From contig CAKSAK010000005.1 in NCBI GenBank assembly GCA_934435205.1, positions 23,906 through 55,905 of the forward strand: DNA of 32,000 bases. Direction: 5' to 3'. Source of the DNA: an uncultured Ruminococcus sp. (lineage in GTDB: Bacteria; Bacillota; Clostridia; Oscillospirales; Ruminococcaceae). The notes under the pieces were generated by a model. It did no database searches and had not been told where the DNA came from. It saw only the letters and a list, made by a program, of their open reading frames with translations. Shown piece by piece: positions 10,490 through 16,655 of the stretch (positions are counted from its first letter, which is position 1; each line of letters opens with the position of its first letter). The position numbers and the translations under genes were made by a program.

Positions 10490-11848
10490 TTAGTCTGCCA
10501 TTGGTTTTATTTCAGCGTTATATGCTCTTCTCAGGAAGAAAAGTGACGCCAATATGCAGAAGATCTCGGCGATAGGGAAAGCCCACCATATGGCGGCAAG
10601 CTTGCCTGTAAGAGAGAGAAGATACGCCACAGGTAGCAGCACCACAAGCTGTCTTGTGAAAGAGATGAGCATAGAGGAAAGTCCCTTGCCGAGAGCCTGC
10701 AATGATGAGATTATGATTATATCGAAGCCTGCGAAGAAGAAGTGTATGCTGATTATACGCAGGGCTGTTACGCCGATAGTAAGCATATTGTCGCTTGCGT
10801 CAAAGAGTTTCAGAAGCTGTGCAGGGAAAATCTGCATTATGATAGTGCCAACTATCATGATAGACACAGAATAAATCATGGCATATTTTATTGCACCTGT
10901 GATACGCTTTTTCTTTCTTGCACCATAGTTATAGGCAACGATAGGGATAAGACCGTTATTGAGTCCGAAAATAGGCATGAAAACGAAGCTCTGAAGCTTG
11001 AAATACACACCGAAAACTGCGGCGGCAGTGTTTGAGAAGCCGATAAGTATTTTATTCATGCTGTAGGTCATGATAGAAGAGATAGACTGCATGATTATGG
11101 ACGGCAGACCGACAGCGTAGATCTTCTTGATTATTTTCGCCTGCGGTCTATACTTAACAAGGTTTATGGTTATCTCTTTGTTAAACTTCATATTGAAGAA
11201 CAGACCGAAAGCTGCAGCGGTGAACTGACCGATACAGGTAGCGACGGCAGCACCTGTCACGCCCCACTTAGGGAAAAAGCCCACGCCGAAGATAAAGCAA
11301 GGGTCGAGGATAATATTTATCACTGCGCCTATTCCCTGAGTATACATAGAGTAGATAGTTTTACCTGTAGCCTGCAGGAGCTTTTCCATGGTCATCTGGC
11401 AGAAAAGACCGATACTGAGCAGGCTGATGACAGTGAGGTACTGGTCGCCGTATTCGATGATTATTTTGCTTGAGGTTTGTGAGCGATAAAAGATCTCGGT
11501 GAAAAATGCACCGAAAACCACGAAGATAGCGAAGTTCACAAGGCAGAGGAAAATGCCGTTATTGGCGGCGCTGTTAGCCTGCTTGAAATTCTTTTCACCA
11601 AGTGATTTTGACAGCAGTGCATTGATACCGACACCAGTGCCTGCACCGAGGGCTATCATAAGATTTTGCACAGGGAAAGCCAGTGACACGGCAGTAAGTG
11701 CGTCCTCGCTTATTTTTGCCACGAATATGCTGTCAACGATATTATAGAGAGCCTGCACGAGCATGGATATCATGATCGGCAGGGACATTTTGAACAGCAG
11801 ATCGCCTATTGGCTGCGTTCCCATTTTATTTTCTTTTACTTCTTCCAT
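10490..11848 (-). CDS. MATE family efflux transporter
   Basis: 452 aa, about 12 TM segments. N-terminal PIGDLLFKMSLPIMISMLVQALYNIVDSIFV is typical of MatE repeats. Confidence 0.88.
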   Translation of the reverse strand: MEEVKENKMGTQPIGDLLFKMSLPIMISMLVQALYNIVDSIFVAKISEDALTAVSLAFPVQNLMIALGAGTGVGINALLSKSLGEKNFKQANSAANNGIFLCLVNFAIFVVFGAFFTEIFYRSQTSSKIIIEYGDQYLTVISLLSIGLFCQMTMEKLLQATGKTIYSMYTQGIGAVINIILDPCFIFGVGFFPKWGVTGAAVATCIGQFTAAAFGLFFNMKFNKEITINLVKYRPQAKIIKKIYAVGLPSIIMQSISSIMTYSMNKILIGFSNTAAAVFGVYFKLQSFVFMPIFGLNNGLIPIVAYNYGARKKKRITGAIKYAMIYSVSIMIVGTIIMQIFPAQLLKLFDASDNMLTIGVTALRIISIHFFFAGFDIIIISSLQALGKGLSSMLISFTRQLVVLLPVAYLLSLTGKLAAIWWAFPIAEIFCILASLFFLRRAYNAEIKPMAD

Positions 11849-11970
11849 TTTACGATTCCCACCTTAGAGTTACTTTTTCTTAGAATATACACTTTAACCT
11901 TTTTATTATAGCATTTTTACACGAAAGGTGTATGAATTATTTGTTAAATCAGCACAAAAGGAGGCTGAGT

Positions 11971-12019
11971 GTAGGGGGACGGCATTTTCTGAACACGGGC
12001 GAACGCTGTTCGCCCCTAC
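11971..12019 (-). repeat. REP-like unit: GTAGGGGGACGGC head fragment + GGCATTTTCTGAACAC-GGGCGAAC-GCT-GTTCGCCC-CTAC
   Basis: The segment starts with GTAGGGG and ends with CCCCTAC (7-bp terminal inverted repeat). The 39-nt right part is near-identical to 27085-27123 (3 differences). Confidence 0.8.
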
Positions 12020-12081
12020 CGATGTTTGTGGGGTTATCAAGGGTTGAGAGATAAACAATAATGCGAAATGTCAAGGGGGGT

Positions 12082-12107
12082 GGGCTGTCGAGGGCGCCAG
12101 CCCCTAC
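12082..12107 (-). repeat. REP-like hairpin GGGCTG-TCGAGGGCGC-CAGCCC + CTAC
   Basis: It has the same 10-nt loop and CTAC tail as 27045-27070, but the stem carries a compensatory double change (CT/AG versus AC/GT). Confidence 0.8.
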
Positions 12108-12280
12108 AGATTGTTAGGGGAAGTTTGTTGTGCCGCAAAATCGCTACGCTCTTTGCGGGGGTGCGTTGTGCAGGAGGATAGTAAAGCGGTGCAGGTTGGT
12201 ACTTCGATTTTGTGTTTGTGATAGGAGAAAGTTTGGCGTTCTTCTTTTTCTGTCTGCACCGCTTGATCGGCTTGCGCCGA

Positions 12281-12351
12281 ATGAGGCTCTGCCTCATACT
12301 CCGCAAGGGACTCTGTCCCTTGACCCTGCAAGCCCTCTAACGCCGGGCTTG
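12281..12351. repeat. Three consecutive short hairpins in the MATE-metG spacer
   Basis: ATGAGGC-TCT-GCCTCAT (12281-12297), AAGGGAC-TCT-GTCCCTT (12305-12321), CAAGCCC-N9-GGGCTTG (12329-12351). Confidence 0.7.
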
Positions 12352-12410
12352 AGCCTGCGTTTTATCTCTCGCTACGCTCGGTGCTGGGTGCACAACTCTG
12401 GTAGGCTTTG

Positions 12411-12473
12411 CTCATTCCTCATTCCTCATTCCTCATTCCTCATTCCTCACTCCTCATTCCTCATCCCTAACTC
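12411..12473. repeat. Heptanucleotide tandem repeat (CTCATTC)n, 9 units
   Basis: ctcattc x4 perfect, then ctcactc, ctcattc, ctcatcc, ctaactc, ctcactt. Ends 22 nt before the metG -35 box. Confidence 0.95.
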
Positions 12474-12495
12474 CTCACTTAAATCGCTTTACCGC

Positions 12496-12524
12496 TTGAC
12501 GAAACCTCTGTAAAGTAGTATAAT
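12496..12524 (+). promoter_or_regulatory. Sigma-A type promoter for metG
   Basis: TTGACG (12496-12501), 17-nt spacer, TATAAT (12519-12524), 45 nt upstream of the ATG. No T-box-like leader is visible. Confidence 0.6.
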
Positions 12525-12569
12525 ATAAGAAATGCTGCTTATGCAAATTCTTTTACGGAGGTCCTTTAT

Positions 12570-14522
12570 ATGGAGAAAAAACCGTTTTATATCACTACCC
12601 CGATATATTACCCTTCAGGTAATCCTCATATCGGTCACTGCTACACCACTGTTGCCTGCGATTCTATTGCCAGATACAGACGTATGCAGGGCTATGATGT
12701 CATGTTCTTAACAGGCACTGACGAGCATGGTCTGAAAATTGAACAGAAAGCCGCTGAAAAGGGTGTTACGCCTAAGGAATATGTTGATGAGATAGTCAAG
12801 ACTTTCAAAAAGCTTTGGAGCTACATGAACATCAGCTACGACAGATACATCAGAACTACTGACGATTATCACATTGAAACTGTTCAGAAGATCTTCAAGG
12901 CTCTTTATGACAAGGGCTACATTTACAAGGGCGAATACAAGGGCAAATACTGCACGCCTTGCGAGAGCTTCTGGACTGAGTCACAGCTTGATGAGAACGG
13001 CTGTTGTCCTGAGTGTCACAGAGAGGTAACAGAGGCTAAGGAGGAGGCTTACTTCTTCAAGATGTCGCCATTTGCGGAGAGGATCGAGAAGCTTCTCACT
13101 GAGACAGATTATCTCCAGCCTAAGACGAGAGCCACTGAGCTTGTAAACAACTTTATCAAGCCCGGTCTTGAAGATCTTTGTGTATCGAGGACCTCTTTCA
13201 AGTGGGGTATTCCTGTTACATTTGATGACAAGCACGTTATTTACGTTTGGATAGACGCACTTTCCAACTATATTTCTGCACTTGGTTTCTGGAACGAGCA
13301 GTACAATGATTTTGACAAGTTCTGGCCTGCTGATGTTCACATGGTAGCAAAGGATATCATGAGATTCCACGCTATCATTTGGCCTGCAATGCTTATGGCA
13401 CTTGATCTTCCACTGCCTAAGCATCTTGCTGTACACGGCTGGATAACATTCAACGGACAGAAGATGTCCAAGTCTTTGGGCAATGTTGTTGACCCATTCA
13501 TTCTTGGTGAGAGATATGGTGCTGACGCTATCAGATATCACATTCTTCGTGAAATGGCTTTGGGCGCTGACAGCTCATTCTCAAACGAGATAATGATAAA
13601 CAGAATAAACTCTGACCTTGCAAATGGTCTTGGCAATCTTGTTTCAAGAACTGTAGCAATGGCTGACAAATACTTTGGCGGCACGCTTCCTGCTGAGAGA
13701 GAAGAGGGCGATTTTGACGCTGAGCTTATTGCTGAGGCTGAGGGACTTGTAGCAAAGGTTGACGAGTTCATGGACAAGACTCAGATAAACAATGCTTTGG
13801 CTGAGATATTCAAGGTAGTATCGAGAGCTAACAAGTACATTGACGAGACAGCTCCATGGGTACTTGGTAAGGACGAGAGCAAAAAGGCAAGGCTTGCGAC
13901 AGTTCTTTACAATCTGCTTGAAACTATCAGGATCGTATCCACACTTTTGAGCAACTTTATGCCTACCACGATGCCAAAGGTATGGGAGCAGATAGGTGCG
14001 GCTGAGAGCGACATCACATACGAGAACGCCGGCAAGTTTGGTGTACTTCCTGCTGACGTTACAGTTCACAGGGGCGAGATAATCTTCCCAAGAATTGACG
14101 TTGACAAGGAGATAGAGGAGCTTAACAAGATAATAGGCAGCAAGGCAGAGCCTGAGGAAAAGGCTGACGATGGATTTGAGCCTGCGCCTATAGCTGACGA
14201 GATAACCATAGATGATTTTGCGAAAGTTGATCTGCGAGTTGCACTTGTAAAGGACTGCGAGAAGGTAAAGAAGTCCAAGAAGCTTCTTTGCTTACAGCTT
14301 GATGACGGTTTTGGCGGCAGGCAGGTTGTATCGGGCATTGCGGCGTGGTACAAGCCTGAAGATCTTATTGGCAAGAAGGTAGTTATTGTAGCCAATCTGA
14401 AGCCTGTGAAGCTTTGCGGAGTTGAGTCAAACGGCATGATATGTGCGGCTGACACACCTGACGGTGCGGCAAGCGTTATTTTCCCGGATCAGGACTTGCC
14501 ATGCGGAGCTAAGCTTAGATAA
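12570..14522 (+). CDS. metG: Methionine--tRNA ligase with C-terminal tRNA-binding (EMAP/Trbp111-like) domain
   Basis: 650 aa. HIGH-type motif (PSGNPHIGH), KMSKS (QKMSKSLGN), Zn knuckle CTPCESF...CPECH, and a C-terminal DLRVALV...ESNGMI tRNA-binding fold. Confidence 0.95.
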   Translation: MEKKPFYITTPIYYPSGNPHIGHCYTTVACDSIARYRRMQGYDVMFLTGTDEHGLKIEQKAAEKGVTPKEYVDEIVKTFKKLWSYMNISYDRYIRTTDDYHIETVQKIFKALYDKGYIYKGEYKGKYCTPCESFWTESQLDENGCCPECHREVTEAKEEAYFFKMSPFAERIEKLLTETDYLQPKTRATELVNNFIKPGLEDLCVSRTSFKWGIPVTFDDKHVIYVWIDALSNYISALGFWNEQYNDFDKFWPADVHMVAKDIMRFHAIIWPAMLMALDLPLPKHLAVHGWITFNGQKMSKSLGNVVDPFILGERYGADAIRYHILREMALGADSSFSNEIMINRINSDLANGLGNLVSRTVAMADKYFGGTLPAEREEGDFDAELIAEAEGLVAKVDEFMDKTQINNALAEIFKVVSRANKYIDETAPWVLGKDESKKARLATVLYNLLETIRIVSTLLSNFMPTTMPKVWEQIGAAESDITYENAGKFGVLPADVTVHRGEIIFPRIDVDKEIEELNKIIGSKAEPEEKADDGFEPAPIADEITIDDFAKVDLRVALVKDCEKVKKSKKLLCLQLDDGFGGRQVVSGIAAWYKPEDLIGKKVVIVANLKPVKLCGVESNGMICAADTPDGAASVIFPDQDLPCGAKLR

Positions 14523-14541
14523 AAAAGTTACCCCAAAAAAC

Positions 14542-14563
14542 AAGGAGCGGATTTCCGCTCCTT
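14542..14563. terminator. Stem-loop between metG and the tRNA; the T-tract is only on the minus-strand side
   Basis: AAGGAGCGG-ATTT-CCGCTCCTT. On the plus strand ATATGCG follows (no U-tract). On the minus strand GTTTTTTGGGG follows. It may block antisense transcription into metG and allow metG-tRNA read-through. Confidence 0.5.
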
Positions 14564-14567
14564 ATAT

Positions 14568-14644
14568 GCGTCTGTAGCTCAGTTGGATAGAGCGCAAGAC
14601 TCCGACTCTTGAGGCCGCAGGTTCGATTCCTGTCAGGCGCACCA
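14568..14644 (+). tRNA. tRNA-Arg (anticodon CCG), CCA encoded
   Basis: Manual cloverleaf: acceptor GCGTCTG/CAGGCGC, D arm GCTC-AGTTGGATA-GAGC, anticodon arm CAAGA-CTCCGAC-TCTTG (CCG), variable AGGCC, T arm GCAGG-TTCGATT-CCTGT, discriminator A + CCA. Confidence 0.9.
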
Positions 14645-14662
14645 GCAGGGGCGTGCCCCTGC
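14645..14662. repeat. Palindrome GCAGGGGC-GT-GCCCCTGC directly after the tRNA
   Basis: The core GGGGCGTGCCCCTGCACC recurs at 14920-14940, there with a GTAG head. Confidence 0.7.
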
Positions 14663-14670
14663 ACCCAAAT

Positions 14671-14701
14671 TACGCCCTACTTTGTGTAGGGCGTATTTTT
14701 T
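14671..14701 (+). terminator. Rho-independent terminator for tRNA-Arg; copy 1 of a repeated hairpin module
   Basis: TACGCCCTAC-TTTGT-GTAGGGCGTA (10-bp perfect stem) + TTTTTT, followed by GCACCGCT. Confidence 0.75.
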
Positions 14702-14760
14702 GCACCGCTTGGTTTATTTTGTAGTGGAGCTTTACTTTGTTGGCTTGCACCCGTTTTTCT

Positions 14761-14791
14761 TACGCCCTACCTTGTGTAAGGCGTAATTTTT
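14761..14791 (+). repeat. Copy 2 of the terminator-like hairpin module
   Basis: TACGCCCTAC-CTTGT-GTAAGGCGTA (one mismatch) + ATTTTT + GCACCGCT. No gene lies upstream of it. Confidence 0.7.
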
Positions 14792-14919
14792 GCACCGCTG
14801 ATATAGTTTTGCAAAATAAAGCACTTTGTCTGCTCGCCGTGACGGGCGATTTACGCCCAACTTTCTTCTAAACCTTACTATTACGCCGCTGGGTGTAGTT
14901 GATTGTTATTTTTTACTTT

Positions 14920-14940
14920 GTAGGGGCGTGCCCCTGCACC
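14920..14940 (+). repeat. REP-like hairpin GTAG-GGGC-GT-GCCCC-TGCACC
   Basis: GTAG head plus the same GC palindrome as 14645-14662. It is followed by a further hairpin ATATCCGC-N14-GCGGATAT + TTTATT. Confidence 0.7.
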
Positions 14941-15034
14941 ATATCCGCTATCATTTATGGTGGCGGATATTTTATTGCCGCCCATTGGTGTGATATGCTG
15001 GGAGAGCTATGATGTTCGCCGTGACGGGCATTTT

Positions 15035-15064
15035 ACGCCTTACTTTGTGTGGGGCGTTTTATTA
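15035..15064 (+). repeat. Copy 3 (degenerate, G-U containing) of the terminator-like hairpin module
   Basis: ACGCCTTAC-TTTGT-GTGGGGCGT + TTTTATT. It is preceded by TCGCCGTGACGGGC, which also precedes a degenerate copy at 14834-14857. Confidence 0.6.
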
Positions 15065-15538
15065 ATTGCATATTTCATTAAGGCACTTTGTCACACGCCT
15101 GCGCAGTTCTTCTCCTCCAAAGGGAAAGCCGAACTCTGCGGCGGAGCTTCCCCACTCTGGTGGGTGCTTCTTTGAGCCGTCAAAATAGCGGCTTTTCACC
15201 ACGCCACGATAGCGTTTTGGCATTTTTGCCGCAAGCTCCTCACATTCTCTCAAGCGAAGCTGCACCTTTGCAAGATCAAGCCACAAGTCAGTAAGCTTTT
15301 TCCCTCTGTGGGCTACCCTGCCGCAATGCTCCCCCACTGCGGCAAGCTGTGAGGACATTTCGCAGATATCTTCTTTAAGCTTCCACTCCTGCCACCTTAG
15401 TTTGCGATACTGTGAAAGCTTTCGCAGTGCGGCTGTATTAGCTCTGCTTCCACCGCTTCTGAAATTATATCGGCTCGCTGAGGGCGCAAGCCTTTTTATG
15501 GAATTTACCTCTACGGAATAATCTATATTATCGTACAT
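15062..15538 (-). CDS. Small sigma-70 region-4-like / phage-type (ArpU/RinA/DUF1492-like) transcriptional regulator; family assignment is weak
   Basis: C-terminal MPKRYRGVVKSRYFDG...LRRRVTKCLNEI resembles a region 4.2 layout (LPxRxRxVxxLRYxxG ... HTH). I prefer ATG 15538 (AGGAG 4 nt upstream) over the track start 15568, which has no SD. Confidence 0.45.
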   Translation of the reverse strand: MYDNIDYSVEVNSIKRLAPSASRYNFRSGGSRANTAALRKLSQYRKLRWQEWKLKEDICEMSSQLAAVGEHCGRVAHRGKKLTDLWLDLAKVQLRLRECEELAAKMPKRYRGVVKSRYFDGSKKHPPEWGSSAAEFGFPFGGEELRRRVTKCLNEICN

Positions 15539-15680
15539 TTTTCTCCTTTCGCCTTTTTGTACAGACATTTGGACAGTTAGTATGATATACTGTAAATAAA
15601 ATAAAGCAATGACATTTCAGATAACCGTTTTCTGTATATCTCTCGGGGCAGAGATGTCAAAAAGGGGGCGGTTTATCCTC

Positions 15681-15709
15681 TTGACTTTTACAGGAAAATG
15701 TATTATAAT
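15681..15709 (+). promoter_or_regulatory. Sigma-A type promoter for the XRE-ImmA operon
   Basis: TTGACT (15681-15686), 17-nt spacer, TATAAT (15704-15709). Confidence 0.55.
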
Positions 15710-15803
15710 TATATCAAAGCCAGATTTTATGCAGATATCTGTACTAACGATACATACAGTATACTACAGGTTTCTGCAAAAGTCAATAGGTCTTAGCAAA
15801 TTT

Positions 15804-15821
15804 GATACAGACTTCTGTATC
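15804..15821. promoter_or_regulatory. Perfect 8+8 palindrome GATACAGA-CT-TCTGTATC (candidate XRE operator)
   Basis: Lies between the promoter and the XRE RBS. Related CTGTA/TACAG half-sites recur at about 15579-15600, 15631-15640 and 15738-15775 in the divergent control region. Confidence 0.5.
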
Positions 15822-15855
15822 TTTTGTGAAATGATCACAATTGGAGGAAGAAAAT

Positions 15856-16203
15856 ATGACTGAAATGTACAAAAGGATAAAAGAGCTATGCGAGGAAAAC
15901 TATATGACTGTATCGCAGATGTGCAAGGAGCTGTCTATAACGAGGAGCTGTTTATCTGAGCTGAGCAAAGGCAGGACGGAACGACTTTCCGCAGAAAATT
16001 CTACAAAGATAGCGAACCGATTTGGAGTGAGCGTACAGTATCTTATATCTGGCAGGGAAGAAGATTTTGACACGAAGCTGAAATATGCATTATTCAACGG
16101 CACGCTTGGCGTGACGGACGAAATGTTTGACGAGGTCAAGCAGTATGCAGAAATGGTCATGCTCAGAGAGGAAGCAAAGCGCAGAAAGGCTGGTGAAAAG
16201 TGA
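15856..16203 (+). CDS. XRE-family helix-turn-helix transcriptional regulator
   Basis: MYKRIKELCEENYMTVSQMCKELSITRSCLSELSKGRTERLSAENSTKIANRFGVSVQYLISG is a classic HTH_3 pattern. ATG 15856 lies 8 nt after GGAGG. The track start is a TTG at 15841. Confidence 0.85.
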   Translation: MTEMYKRIKELCEENYMTVSQMCKELSITRSCLSELSKGRTERLSAENSTKIANRFGVSVQYLISGREEDFDTKLKYALFNGTLGVTDEMFDEVKQYAEMVMLREEAKRRKAGEK

Positions 16204-16206
16204 GAG

Positions 16207-16611
16207 ATGACGAACATACAGGAATTGTATGATATTTGCAGCAGAGAGAACATAACTATAGATTTTATTGATTGTCCGAAGTGCGGAGCGATATCTCTTT
16301 TCGGTGCAGGTGGCTGTGCGATCGGCATAGACAGCCAGACGCCTGCAAGGCTTTTGAAAGAGCGCACTGCTCACGAGATAGGTCACTGCGTAAAGGGAGC
16401 GTTTTACAACAGATACGCCACGGCAGACAACATCTCACAGCATGAATACCGAGCAGACAAATGGGCGATAGAAAATCTGATACCGAAAAGCGAGCTTATC
16501 AAAGCCATAAAGAAAAATCTTGACAGCATTTATCTGCTTGCACAGCATTTTGATGTGAGCGAGGATTTTATGCTAAAGGCTTGCAGGTATTACGGGGTTT
16601 ATTTTGGGTAG
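16207..16611 (+). CDS. ImmA/IrrE-family metallopeptidase (DUF955-like)
   Basis: HEIGH zinc-binding motif (TAHEIGHCV) and a downstream E...ADKWA. Located 3 nt after the XRE stop, the typical ImmR/ImmA pairing. Confidence 0.8.
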   Translation: MTNIQELYDICSRENITIDFIDCPKCGAISLFGAGGCAIGIDSQTPARLLKERTAHEIGHCVKGAFYNRYATADNISQHEYRADKWAIENLIPKSELIKAIKKNLDSIYLLAQHFDVSEDFMLKACRYYGVYFG

Positions 16612-16615
16612 AAAA

Positions 16616-16650
16616 ATACCGCCGGGGGCGTTGTGAGTCCTCGGCGGTAT
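16616..16650 (-). terminator. Terminator hairpin shared by the convergent ImmA and GT-C genes (U-tract on the minus-strand side)
   Basis: ATACCGCCGGGG / CCTCGGCGGTAT, about 12-bp stem. The minus-strand reading is followed by TTTTTC. Confidence 0.7.
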
Positions 16651-16655
16651 TGGGG

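Noticed and set aside
12037-12513. ORFs of 75-127 aa in the MATE-metG spacer
   Set aside because: The translations are Arg/Cys/Pro-rich and are produced by reading through REP-like hairpins and the heptamer repeat (for example SSFLIPHSSFLIPHSS). They have no SD sequences.
12330-12569. T-box leader upstream of metG
   Set aside because: The promoter lies only about 45 nt from the ATG. No specifier-loop or T-box (…GGTGGTACCGCG…) sequence and no terminator/antiterminator pair is present.
12981-14455. Minus-strand ORFs inside metG, and similar antisense ORFs inside ilvE, the ABC genes, MATE, the antiporter and the decarboxylase
   Set aside because: All are nested antisense to strongly supported genes and lack ribosome-binding sites and recognisable domains.
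14645-15064. Possible CRISPR array next to the tRNA
   Set aside because: The repeats are imperfect and irregularly spaced, and each is itself a terminator-like hairpin with a T-run. There are no cas genes and no uniform repeat-spacer periodicity.
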